Notes under the pieces: model-generated
What the model was told of the DNA's origin: nothing
Database searches by the model: none
Seen by the model: the letters and a program-made list of their open reading frames with translations, nothing else
Made by a program: the position numbers and the translations under genes
Shown here: piece by piece, positions 1-12,637 of the stretch
Numbering within the stretch: position 1 is the first letter of the stretch
Layout of the letters: each line of letters opens with the position of its first letter
Source of the DNA: Zygnema circumcarinatum SAG 698-1b
Lineage: Eukaryota; Plantae; Zygnematophyceae
Direction of reading: 5' to 3'
DNA: 64,000 nt
NCBI GenBank assembly: GCA_037447605.1
Contig: CM074808.1
Span: 3,906,001-3,970,000 of the forward strand

Positions 1-10
1 TCCCGAAACG

Positions 11-1866
11 GTGGATGTGAGAGAGGAAGCGGTAGCAAGAGCGGTAGCGGCGAGGAGGAGTGAGAGAGATGAATTGGGAGAGCATATGCAAGGAGGGGGG
101 TATGGTGGGGGCCTGCTGGCAAGGAGGAACCAGTACAGGGGACTCAGAGTGGAGGGCTTTAGGAGGCAAATGGAAAGACAGGCGGTGGTCCTTTTTGGGG
201 GTTCAGTGGAATCTTCTGCTACTTCATCTCCAATCACTCCCGCTGTAGTAGTTGCGGCGGTGTTGGAAAGTGGGGGAGAATTGGGGCGGCAGAGCAGTTC
301 AGATGGGAGAGCGGTATCAGAGAGAGGAGAGGGAGAGGCAGCAGGAGGGAGAGACGAGGGAGATATGGAGGAGAATTTGACCACCACAACAACGGAGTTG
401 TTAGCTAATAGGACAACGGATTTGATGACATCCACAACAGATTTGAGTGAATGTAACTTCACTGGAATGTCACTCTGCAGTGACAATTTACCCCTTACGA
501 CAACGTCTATGTCTATTCAGGGAGTTGCAATTGATGAAGGGGAGGAATCCAGTCGGAGGAAGAGAAGATCAAATAGAAATAAAGAAGAACCTGTGAACCA
601 TCAGGAAATTAGGAATCTTTTGCATGGTGCTCAATCAGAGTCAGAGCCAGTGAGGAGACGCTCTACTGAGGGACTACGTCGAATTTCTAAAATCTCTCGC
701 ATTTCACGTATTGTTTTAGCCGAAATGGGAGCGATTCCAATCTTAGTGGACCTGCTGGATTCAGTAGATGAAGAGACCGCAGAGTATGCAGTAACTTCCT
801 TAGTGAATTTATCCCTTGAAACTGAATTGAGGCGGCAGATTGCTGGAGGGGGAGCGGTTATTCCGCTTGTTCGGCTCCTTGAATCGGCAGAGTCGCTCGT
901 ATTGAGAGAGAACGCGCTAAGTACTTTGTGCAACCTCAGTTCAGTCGAGCCCTTCCGAGAAGAGCTTAGTTCCGCCGGTTTAATACCACTCCTTCTCGAT
1001 ATTTTGGGAGCGGACGAGACCTTTTCAGTCCGGCAAGAAGCATCCATGGCTCTCTTCAATCTTGCCCTAAATGCCGAATGTCGTGCAGCTGTCGTTTCTG
1101 CAGGAGGAGTTGAACTTGTTTTGGAGCTTATGGGAGAGGACGATGGTGAACTGGAGGAGGATTTGGTGATGCTTTTATGTGCTTTGTTGAGGTCTCCTTT
1201 AGGGCGAAGTAAGGTTCAGCTTTTGGAAGGAGTTCCTGTGTTGGCTTCTATAGCAGAGGGAGGCTCTGAGGGGGCTCAGACTCACGCAGTAGCAGCTCTC
1301 CTATTGGTGGCTTCTGGAAGTGAGATGGGGCGGGAGATGGTGCGGAACGAGATCACTATTCCATCCCTTGTTGCCATTTCAGAAGGAGGGACTGCAAGGG
1401 GGAAATCCAAGGTGTGAGCGCGGCCTCTCTCTCTCTCTCGCTCTCCCTCTCTCTCCCTCTCTCTCCCTCTCTCTCTCCCTCTCTCTCCCTCTCTCTCTCT
1501 TTCTCCCTCTCTCTCCCTCTCCCTCTCCCTTTCTCTCTCCCTCTCTCGTTCTCTCGTTGGCTTCTATTTTAAACTAGGTCTGCTAGGTTGCTAGGAGTAG
1601 TCCCTATTGACTTTTCGCGTGTGTTTCCTGTTTACTCTTTCTTTCTTCACACTTATAGGCTGTTGGTTTTCCCAGTTTTAGAGTTTCATCATTTTTATTT
1701 TATGAGTGTTTCGGGTTGTTAGGGCTCGTATATTTTTGGCTTTTACCGGTTTCAGGGGCTTGTCTAACGCTGTTCTCCTTGACCTGTTCCATTGCCGGCT
1801 GCGCCTTCTTCCTCTCTCCCTCCATTGCAGGCATTGGCGCTCCTTCAATTGATGCGGCGAAAGTAG
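11..1866 (+). CDS. Armadillo-repeat protein (plant PUB-type ARM array; no U-box visible in window), probably 5'-partial
   Basis: ORF 11-1411 has ARM repeats (LAEMGAIPILVDLL, AGGGAVIPLVRLLE, ENALSTL, EITIPSLVAISEGGTARGKSK). Donor AAG|GTGTGA at 1411/1412. Terminal exon 1831-1866 follows TTGCAG and reads ALALLQLMRRK*. The frame is open to the window edge and the called start is GTG. Confidence 0.88.
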
Positions 1867-3777
1867 TTCATTTTCCTTACTACTAAATTGATTATTTGTT
1901 TTCTTTATGATAAGGTTGGTACTCCTTCATGCATTGAATGGAAAATTGCAGATAAGGGGGGGCAGGTTCTTCCTCGTCGTAGGAATAACCGCAACTCTGA
2001 AGCCTCCGAGCCCTTTTGAACTTTTAATAAACCATTAAGTCTTTTGATTTACTGCGACGTAAATCAAATTTTATTTTCGAATTTGGGGCATATAGTGGAG
2101 AATTGGGTCGATTAGAATAAGCCGTACAGTGGCAGCCAACAGGTAACGCGATCTCTGTGCTATTCAGTTGATGTTGTCAGTTGATGTTGTCAGACGTTCC
2201 ATGCAACTGAAAATCCGTGAAAGATTGCTCGAGTTTGATTGATTGAGATGTGCTGTGTTTGTAAAGTTTAGAAAATGTTGAATTGAACTTTGGAAGCAAC
2301 GTGCAGAGAAAGTGTGTTGCTGTGAGCAATTCCGTCATGAGGGCAATGTTGTCTGTTGTTTAACATCAGCTTTTTGTGGAGTTTTTCATTCAACTGCATT
2401 GTTGTTTTGGACGTACAGTGCACTGTTCACATTGCATTAGTACGGGCCCCGCTAATGGTGAAGTCCTCTTTCATTCATGGTCTCATGGTGTGGACAAGCC
2501 CAACCATGCAGCCACGAATTGGTGTGCGCCAGAACTTTTACAACAAAGACAATGTTCTGTGCATGAATTTGTAGTGTGGGTTTGTGCGGCCTCAGTTTCA
2601 TTCTCTTCATACTTACAATTGTGCCTCGAATAGAACACAAAGTGGTACATTGGATAATGTTGAATTTGTATAATGAAATGAGAGCTCTAAAGGTCGTGCA
2701 CAGGAGTCGTAGCACCATCGCTCGTTGCATGGATTGCGTGGAAACGCGTGTTAAACAAACGTCTCCTGTCGTCTTTCGTTCGAGGAATTCCAGATGAACG
2801 CTGCAGATTGTGCCACGTGCGTACCTTAATCGACGGCTTGCAGCACTCCGTACAAAAGGATTTCCCACCGCTCAGCAAAGACCTCGCGCAGTGGAAATAA
2901 TCTAAATTTTTTTTCCTTTAAGTAAAAGTAGGAAAAAAAAAATGTGAGCTTGACCGCCGGGCTGCCGGCCATCCTGCCGGCAGACCAAAGCTGCCGTCCA
3001 AAACCCAATCCTAGATCCACCTGAAAAACACGGTGAGATCAACCTCTGGGTTCCACCGACCCCTTGTGGTGGATCCAGTGGATCCGCTGTCAGCCGCCGG
3101 CCGTCAGTTCCTCTGACGCGGCCCCGCCCTCCGCGTGGCGCCGCCGGCCGTCAAATCCTGTCAGCCGTAGCGGCCAAAATCAGATCCCTCAATTATGGCT
3201 AGACTGCCGGCCGGCGGCGGATCTGACAGCCGGCCGGCAGGTAACTTGACGGCACGGCGGTCAAAGCGGCGGCAGGGGTCCATCAAATCTGGGCAGTCAA
3301 CGACACCACGTGGCGAGCTCTGATTGGGTGAAGGCCCGTCAGAGCGGCCAGCTGGAGGCTCACGTCAGGGCCATTGTCCTCTGCAAAACTGTGGGTCCGA
3401 TTTCGGCGAATGGTGGGACGCCATGTGTCAGAACTGGACACGTGGCGGACTCCGATTCGTTATAGGCGAGGTAGTTCGCACTGGAGAGAAAGGCCCTTCA
3501 CGGATCGCCAGTTAGGGCGGTAGGAGGGAGAGGGAGAGGGAAATTAGGGTTTGAAGTGGGAGAGTGGGGTGGTAGAGAGGGAGTCAGGGAATGGTAGTTC
3601 CTGAAGGAGAGACGTTCGTAGAGAGAGGTAGAGAAAGGTAGAGAGAGAGGAGGGAGGGAAGGGGAGAGGGAGGTAGAGAGAGGTAGGACTGCTTGTGGAA
3701 AGGAACGACGAAGACAAGGAGAGGGAGAGGGAGAGAGGAGAGAAGAGAGGGCGGGGGGGAGAGGAAGAGAAGGAGAG

Positions 3778-6700
3778 ATGGGAACCTCTCTTTATTCCCT
3801 TGTGATGTTGGTGTGGATAGCGGCGGCCTTCCTTCTAAATGCCGCCAATGCTGCCGTTGAAGATTTTAGCGGCGGTGAGTCTTAACATCTCATTTCTTGA
3901 TTCCAGATTATTCAAATTAATTATTCACTATTATACGTGTTTTTGGTCTATCTGTATGAATATTGCAGCATGTTTCCCTCCCTCTCTCCCTGTCCCCCTC
4001 CCTCTCCCTTTCTCCCTCCCTTTCTCCCCTCCCTTTCCCTCCTTCCCTGCCTGCCTCCCTCCATTTTTCTCTCCCTCCCTCCATTGTTTTTCTTTCCATT
4101 CTATCCGTGAGAGGCAGTGAGTGCTAAGGTTGGGTTTCTCGGAAGCTTCTTGGTTTCCGTTTATGCATTCAGTGCATACAACGTGAATGTCTGTGCATGA
4201 AGAAACTTAGTTTTGTTTTCGTTCTTTGTTCCATGGAAATGCCCTGCCTGTCGTGGTATGCCATGGAGCACCTCCTTGCTGTCGCCTGCTTTTCCATACT
4301 CTTGAAGCTCCCTCATCGCATATGTTGTTTGGTTGACCCCTCCTCCCTTCATGCTATTTCTATGTCCCCTTCCGTTCGGGCGTGCAGGCGCGGTCCTATT
4401 CGATCTGAGCGCGTACTTCCAGCGCAGTCCGGACGCGAGCTGGGGCGGGGCCGGGGACCAGCTCGCGGGGGTCTGCGCGTGGGCCTATGTCAAGTGCAGC
4501 GCCGCGGGGCAGATCACGCAGCTGTGAGGCCTCATGCCCGGGGGGGGGGGGGNNNNNNNNNNGGAGAGAGGGAGGGAGAAAGGGGGGAGAGGGAGAGGGG
4601 GGGAGGGGAGTAGGAGGAAAGGGATGGGGGAGGGGGCGGAGGAGGGATAGGGGGAGAAAAGGGAGGAAGAGAAGGGGGGAGGGGAGTTGAAAGGGAGGGG
4701 GAGGGGGGGGGGAGGGGGATGGGAAGGGGAGGGAGAAGGGGAAGGGAGGTGCAGGAGTGATGGAGGGAGGTAGGGCCAGAGGGAGTAGGGAAGGAAGAGG
4801 GTGAGGGAGGAGGAATGGGATGTGGAGAAGGGTAAAGGAGAGGGAGTAGGAGCGAGGAGAAGGGGAAGGGGGAATGATCATGACGGGGGCTGAGGGGGAG
4901 AGAGAAGAGGGAGGTAGGGAGAGAAGCGGAGGAGGTAGAGAGAGAGGGACGGTAAAGGAGAAAGGACGATGGATGGGGGTAGAGAGGAGGAAGCGAGGAG
5001 GAAGCGAGTGGTAGGGAGGAGGGAAACAGAGTGAGAAGGAGAGGGCGCGGGGAGTGAGGGAGATAGAGGGAAAACTGGAGTGATGAGAAGTTGTTCTTCT
5101 TTACAGCAATTTAGCTTCTTTCACAAGATTGCTAAAAAAGTACTTTAGATATCTTCTGTTCACCTGACACGAATTCCCAATCCCTTTACATAATTTTTTT
5201 ATTATTACTTATATGCAGAGATCTTTCCAATCTTAACCTCGGTGGCACCTTATCCAGCGGTATTGGAGATATTAAATCCCTTGAAAGCTTGTAAGTAAAG
5301 CCGACATTTTTCAATTCCTCCTTCATTCTTAATCCTCTTCTTGCTAACCCCTATAAATTTCAACTTTTTTCTTTTTCTGCCTAAGCTTTCATCTTCTGAA
5401 ATGCTAATTTTCATTTCTTTGTATATATTCTTTTATATTTGGGGCAGGCGATTGGGTGGGAACGGATTTGTGGGCACATTGGTGAGTTCTTAAAAAGCCA
5501 AACCCTAAAACTGGCCAATCCAGAAGCTCCGGATCCGAAAAATCAGATTTTAAACTTCGAGTTAATGAAGGGGCCACTTTTGTAATTTGGTTTCAGTCCT
5601 GTTTCCTGAAGCCTAAATCTGCTACAGTCAAAGTTTTTATCTTCTTCGCCCCTCCCCTCCCTTACGTTCTACTCTCTCTCTCTCTCTCCATTTCCTCTCT
5701 TTGTGTCAAAAGCCTTCTACTTTAGGCTCGCTTCAAAACCTGACTCTATTGGACGTCAGCAACAACAATTTTACCGGAACAATTCCGACTACTCTGGGCA
5801 CTCTTCCATCCCTTACGTCATTGTGAGTCACTTGTCCATAAGGGGAGAGGGAGAGGGAGCGTGAGAGGGGTGGAGAGACGGCTGGAGAGGGAAAGAGAAA
5901 TGGGGAAAATGCAGGGGAAGGTAGAGAGGGGAGGAGAGAGGAGAGGTGGTGGGAGAGGCGAGGGCTGAGGAGGGTAAGGAGAGGAAAGAGCAAGAACCCA
6001 GTGAAGGCCTTTTTGTAGGTCTGGGTTATTTTTATCTTTAACATTAAGCTAATGGATTATGTTAATTAGCTTCAGGTTACAGCTAATGAAACTGGAACAG
6101 GCTTGCCGTCAGAGGGAGGGAGGGAGAGAGTGAGAGAGGGAGGGAAGGGACAATGTCGTCCTTCTGGGTTTACCTAGTGATGGCGGGGGAGGGAGAGGGC
6201 AAGTGGCCGTCTCTCTTTCTCTTTCTCTTTCTGAGATTCTGTTTCCGAAATGCTCCTTTGGGCAGAAATGTCTCCTCCAACAAATTCGAGGGCCCCATCC
6301 CCCTCGCCCTTCAACAGAAATTCTGCAACTTGAGGTCGGTCCCTTTGCTCCAAACGTTGTTTGTTACCTTGTCCTTTGTTTGGTTAATCACGCCTGCTAC
6401 TAACATAGAATAGAAGTGGGTAGAATGTGAGAAGGTTCTAAACTGCTCATCGGTTTCATGCCCTTGAGGATTGGCAGACACTAATTATCTCCGTCTCTCT
6501 CGCTCTTTCTCTCTCTCTCTCTCTCCCCTCCACCTTCCCTCTCCTTTGTCTCCTTTTCATTTCGCCCCTCCCCCCACCCTTCATCTTCCCCTTCTTTTCG
6601 CCCCTTCCTTCCTTCCTTCCCGCACCGCCCTTTCTGTGAATCCTCGTCGTTCACTCCTCTCTCGCTCTCTCTCTCTTTCTATTTCTCCGTCGCTTTCTCC

Positions 6701-9700
6701 CTCTCTTTCTCCTCCCCCCCTCTCTGTCTCCTCCTCTCCCTCTCTCTGTGATGTTTTTTGGTTTTTCTGCAGTTTTCTCGATATCCCGGCTACATCGTCT
6801 CCCTCCTCAAACAGTTTTGTTGAATGCTCTTCAGGTGTGGTGTCTACTCACTTAGTTCTTAAAGTTAATTCTATAACCGGGTACCCTCTGTAACTTAATT
6901 AAAAGTGGTCAAGATCCACTTCTTTAATTGAGGAAGTGAGTTCACTTTTGTAATACTTATTTTTTATCATTTAAAATCCATCACCTATGAAACCCTACCG
7001 TTCACTCGGATGCTTAACTTGACTAGTCAGGATGTGAAACCACTAGTGACACGCCTGACATCACTTTTTTATGATGTCTCGCAGGGGGTTATGTTGCTCC
7101 CTCCCCCCCACCTTCAAAAAGTTCAAATTTGGGCCTAATTCTTGGACTCGCTATTGGAGTCTCTATGGGACTCGTTCTCCTCATTGGTGCTATTGGAATT
7201 TGTTGTTGGCTGAGAACTAAAGGAGGTTTCAAACGGCTCACAACGGAAGAGATTCAAGACATTGAAGGTGAAGTAAAAAAGTCTACTCCCTAAATACTCG
7301 TGGTTTTTAGCCCTTTCAAAAGATCGAAATCTGTGGAGAACTTGGGAGTTTTCTAATTGCTTGTTAGGGCTAAAACTTCGATCTCTGAATATTTTCAATG
7401 TATCCAATGTTTGGGGGTTGGAAATATGCATGCAGCCGGCCTTTCGGGATTGGACCTTTCCCGAGTTCGGAGATACTCGCTTCAAGAGATTATGGCTGCT
7501 ACGGATGGGTTCAGTTTGAAGAGAAAGTTGGGAGAGGGAGGATATGCGGAAGTGTTCAAAGGGAAGCTTCGGGATGGGTCGGAAGTTGCAGTAAAGCGCA
7601 TTAAGGTCAGTGAATTTCCACACACATCAACTACTAGTAGGTTTTCTGCATACATTTTTTTCCAGGCTGCATTGCCCTGCCCTAAGTTTTACGTAGTAAG
7701 AACTTCACCTGTCTGTTTGAAGCCCTCTGCCTATTGCCTGCCGCTGTGGGAATGTGAGAGCATTTCGTATTATACTTGCTCATGTACTACAGCAGAATGA
7801 ATACAAGAAGAAGTAGAATGCAAGAACACATTCTTACATATAAGAATATGCATATTTATACGTATATATAGTGTATGCATTAGCACATTGTTCTGAGGAG
7901 CGTTTAGTCGAATATAGTCAAGCTTATAGTCAATCTTATTGTCAAGCCCAGTCAAGCTCGGTCAAGCCCCCCCTTGTCCTTTCCCAGGATTGGCGCATTG
8001 GTCGCGGCGAGATGGTGACTTTCTTCAACGAGGTGGACCTGATTGGCCGAGCGGTCCACCGCCACGTGTTGCGATTGGAGGGCTTCTGCGTGGAGAACGG
8101 AGAGCGCATCCTCGTCTTCCCATACATGGCCAATGGCTCCGTGGCGGACCACTTGCAAGGTATGCATCCCTCTCTCTCTCTCTCGCTCTCCCTGTGTGTT
8201 GTTCTGTCTTCCTCCCTCCATTTCCTTCATTCCCTCCCCCTCCCCCTCCGCCTCTCCCTTTCTTTCTTTTCGTCTCCCCCGGCCTCTCTCTTTCGCTTCC
8301 TCTGCACCTCTCTCCCCCTCGCCCGTCCACTCCTGTGCAGTGTCTCTTCCCCTCCCACTCCCTTCCCCTCCCACTTCCCCTCCCACTTCCCCTCCCCCTT
8401 CCTCTCTCCCTCCCCCTCCTTCCTCGTTCCCTTTCCCTGTGCCTCTCTCCCTCTCCTTCTCCGTTCTCCTTGCAGTCGTGTGACCCTGCCTGAGCCTCTC
8501 CCTATTTTCAATGTGAATGCTGTTCTTCGGGTCGCAGGGTCCCGTCTGGAGAAGCGGGCGCCCCTCCCATTGGCCCTCCGCTCCAAGGCGGCTCTTGGCG
8601 CGGCGGAGGGTCTCGCGTACCTGCACACCGAGTGCGACTCGTGCATTCTGCACCGCGATGTCAAGGTGGGGGGGGGGAGAAGGGGGGGGAGGGGGGGGAG
8701 GGGGGGAGGAAGGGGAGGGGGAAAAGGGGGTGGAGGGGGGAAGGGGGGAGGGGGGGAGGGAGGGAGGGGAAAAGGGGGAGGGAGGGAGGGGAAAAGGGGG
8801 AGGGAGGGAGGGAGGGGAAAAGGAGGGGAGGGGGGAAGGGGGGAGGGGGGGAGGGGGGGAGGGGGAGGGAGGGAGGGGAAAAGGGGTGGAGGGGGGAAGG
8901 GGGAGGGGTGGGAGGGAGGGAGGGGAAAAGGGGTGGAGGGGGGAAGGGGGGGAAGGGGGGGGGGAAGGAGGGGGAGGGAGGGGGAGGGGGGGGGGGTCGT
9001 ATGCATGGAGGCAGGTATGCATGCATGCATGTGTATCTATGTAGGTGTGTGTACTTGGCAGAAGCAATGGTCAATGGAGATTTTCTGGTTTTTGAGAAAC
9101 GCAGTCTGCTGTGAGGAAAACGGAATTTCAACATTTTATTGGAAACCCTTTCTAAGCAAGCACTCGAAAGTGCTGAAAGCCCAAAAATCATGAAAAGGCT
9201 CTGAGTGCTGACCCGGTTCTTTGCTGCGGGCTTGGTGTTGATTCCGTTAAACAGGCTGCCAACATACTTTTAACGGAGAACTACACAGCTGTCGTTGGAG
9301 ATTTTGGACTCGCGAAGTTGTTGGGAGGAGACGAGACACATGTCACGACTGCGGTGCAGGGGACTTTCGGCCACATTGCTCCCGGTTGGTTCAAATTTAC
9401 ACCTTTCAAATTTCTTCAAAAAAATATATATATATATATATCTATATATATATGTACATATATTCTACAAAGAAAAATCCGATCTGCAAATTGTGTTGGA
9501 GCTTGAAAAAATGCAGAATTGGAGTCAAATCAGCTCCCATTTTTTTGTTTCTTCTCCTGAGTTTCTCCCCCATTCTCTCTTCTTTCATTTTTGTGTGGTG
9601 ATGGTTGAATTGGAAGAGCAGAGTACATTCTGAATGGGCATGTGAGCGAGAAGACGGATGTGTACGGATTCGGAGTATTTCTATTGGAGATCATAACTGG

Positions 9701-10657
9701 GCGGGATGCAACATATCTCGCAGCCCAACCTCGGGAGGATCGACTTCTGCGGGATTGGGTAGGCTCAAATCTCCATTGAATAATGCTGAGAGAGAGGGAA
9801 AAGGGGTGGAGGTAGGGGAGTGGAGGGAATAGGGAGAGGTATTGGGAAATTGATAGAAAGTTGGGGGAATGGAGAGACATGGTGGTGAGGGGGGGGATTG
9901 TGGGAGGAGGGTGAGGAGGGAGGGATGGAGAGGTGTTGTGGAGAAAGATAGAGGTGGAGGGAGAGAGGGAGGGAAAGAGGGGGAAAGAATGCGTCCAGCT
10001 GGTCTCCCTCCTTTCGTGTCACACACACAGTCCTGAAGCTTGACAAACCCTAAAACTTCGTAACCCTAATCCTGCTCCCCCTCGTCCCCCAACCCTGAAG
10101 TTCCAGTACTATCCTTCAAGATTTCCCTGACCCTAATCCTGCGTGTGTGCCTCTCTCTCTCGCTCGTGCCTCCTCTCCCCCTCGCTCCTCCTCTCCCTCT
10201 CACGCTCCCTCTCCCTCTCCCTCTGGCCCTCCCTCTCCCTCTCCCTCTCCCTCTCCCTCTCCTTCTCCCTCTCCCTCTCCCTCAGGTAACGGAAATGTTC
10301 GACCGAGGCCTAGCCTCTCAGCTTGTGGATGTCGAGCTTCTGATGATGGACATGAACATGGTGGATGGCCAATACGACTTGGAGCCCATAAAGGACCTCG
10401 TCCAAGTGGCGATGCTCTGCCTCGCGGAGGACCCAAAGCAGCGGCCATCCATGGCGGACTGCATTCAACTCCTAAAGGGGCAGGGATTGGACCCCACATG
10501 GGAACTCTGGAAGAAGGGGGTGGATGACATCACCATTGATCAGCATGACCTGCTGAACGCCATGGATGACTTCCAGACGCATTCCTTCTTGTCGGTGTCT
10601 GATGGGTCCACCGGGATGAGCTTGGTTGGGCGGAGCATCGTGGGGGGGCCGAGGTAG
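3778..10657 (+). CDS. LRR receptor-like kinase, SERK/NIK-like (LRR-RLK II type), 14 exons, ~623 aa
   Basis: Phase-consistent exons 3778-3874 (signal peptide [25 protein letters not shown]), 4388-4523 (CAWAYVKC cap), 5219-5290, 5448-5481, 5713-5822, 6266-6334 (LRRs), 6773-6834, 7085-7267 (Pro-rich plus [29 protein letters not shown]), 7436-7605, 7988-8159, 8538-8665, 9255-9384, 9622-9758, 10286-10657. Kinase motifs [43 protein letters not shown] and KTDVYGFG. Exons sum to 1872 nt. Confidence 0.92.
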
Positions 10658-10667
10658 AGGGGGAGGA

Positions 10668-11085
10668 AAGGTCAACTCTTGGGGAGGATCGACTCTTTTA
10701 GGGAGGATCAGCTCTTGGGAAGGATCAACTCTTGGGGAGGATCAACTCTTGGGGAGGATCAACTTTTGAGGAGGATCAGCTCTTGGGGTGGTTCTTAGGA
10801 GGATCAACTCGTAGGGTTGATAAAGTTTAAGGGAAGTTAATCGTGCAGGCGGATCAACTTCAGAGAAGCGTGGAGACTTATGGGGATGAACTCTCGGAGG
10901 AGGAACTTTAAAGTGAGATCAATCGTGGAGAATTTACTCGGGAGGAGGATTATCTCCGAAGGTGGATCAACCTTGAAGAGGATCACGAGGGCAAACTCTG
11001 GAAGATGAACTCTTGAAAAATGAGCACTGAAGAAGAATCAACCCTGGAAAAGACGGAACACTCAACTCTGAAGGATCAACTCTAC
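10668..11085 (+). repeat. Degenerate minisatellite (core GAGGATCAACTCTT) in the RLK 3' region
   Basis: GGGGAGGATCAACTCTT-like units recur about every 18-20 bp from 10668 to ~10815, then as decayed copies to ~11085. Confidence 0.8.
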
Positions 11086-11618
11086 TGATGTAGGGTTTAA
11101 GGTTTTGGGGTTTTGCTGTAAAGGTGGACTACTCCTGATTTTGGAGTCTCTCTTTCTGCATGACATTGGTCAAAAAACACATTGTTTAAGGCAAATTTTT
11201 GATATTTTTTATAAGATTTTAGTTTCAGGTTTTACGATAAGCTACAGTAGAGAGCAGCCGTCTTCGCTTATTATTATTTCATGGCTTTTTTTTTTTTTTT
11301 TCATCCGCAGGCGTCAGAGGTGGGGTGGGGGGAGGGAGGAGGGGCCGAGTAGTGGATTATTGAAACTACTGGTTGTTGGTTCCTTCGAACGAGATGAATC
11401 AAATTTGGAATAAATTGAATAAGCACATTTATTGTGGCTCCTCCTGTCAGACCCTACAAACCCAGTGCCTTCTGTCGTCTGTAACCTGAGTCAGGGAGGG
11501 AGAGCGAGAGGGAGGTGGGCGAGTGAGAGGGAGGAGAGGAGAGGGAGAGGAGAGGGAAGGTGAGGCAACCACCATAGTTTGACCAAGTTCTAGCCAGCTT
11601 TTCTATTGCCATGCAGTT

Positions 11619-12216
11619 ATAGCGGCTTGCAAGACCTCGCTTAAAAACACAACATCACTGTAACCCTTCTTATTCCACGTTAGCAAGTTGACGCGAAGTA
11701 ACGCATCAGTAGTGAGGCCCTTTTTTTTCCTTTAGGGCTTTCTTTTTTTTAGTTGAAATAGGACTCTGGTGATGATGCTTTAGTAGAAAATATGACTGTC
11801 TATTGATTTAGAGAGGGATGACTGTTCTTGATGCTCCATGTCGTTTTGCTGAAACTTTGCTCGTAAAAGGACCAAACGGGGTCTTTGTTTAGTGAAGAGA
11901 TTCATGGTTGACCTCACACTTGTTTCCGCAGTGGGACCAGCATCTCCGAGTACCACTAGGATTGAAGACTTTTTTGGCTCATGTTCTAGCAATACCATTC
12001 TCTGCAACAACTTCGAGTGAGGACTTTGAGTGAGAATATTTTGCCAGTCGGAGAAGCGAAAGGCTCGTCGATGCAAGAGTGACGTGTTTTTGTATGGTGA
12101 TGGATGACCAGCTAAAGTGATGTCATTTACGTATCATATGGAATGGACTCGATGGAGCCACTTTCTTTACTCGGAGGAGCTTGTGAACAATCTGTTGAGC
12201 TGGGCTGCTATAATCT
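11619..12216 (+). repeat. ~600-bp dispersed repeat, copy A (inverted relative to copy B at 17823-18377)
   Basis: Reverse complement aligns by eye with 17823-18377. The near-identical spurious ORFs 11780-12076(-) and 17995-18369(+) both read MVLLEHEPKKSSILVV.GDAGP. Confidence 0.9.
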
Positions 12217-12637
12217 GATGCGGGGGTACCTGACTGTATCGTACCGGAAGATATCGCGATACGATGTTAGCCATTCACTACGCGCCGCCAGTGCATGCGA
12301 CGGCGATGCAAAATCGCACTTTTTACATGCAAATGGCAGTTTTTGGATTTGATTCATTGATAGACTGGATTGTAACTCGCATCCTTGTTCGCGATTTCAT
12401 CTTGTGGCTGCTTGTATTTTTTAGCTAGCAATCTAAATAATAAGAATTTTAGCAGTCTATAGCTAGCTACAGATGCCATATACTCAAGTCTCACATTCAA
12501 CATACAACGGCTCTTGAAAAAGCAGCGAATGAAAGCGAAGCTTTATTCAGACTTGGTGTCGAGTTGCCATTGACCACATGAACAAAAACCACTTGTGGAA
12601 AGCCACAACCGACCCACCGTAGGAAAGACCCCCTTAT

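Noticed and set aside
2356-2900. Short ORFs between the ARM gene and the RLK
   Set aside because: No recognisable domain or coherent splice pattern.
7952-9191. Several long Pro- or Gly-rich ORFs
   Set aside because: They arise from C-rich and G-rich RLK introns. The real exons are embedded and spliced.
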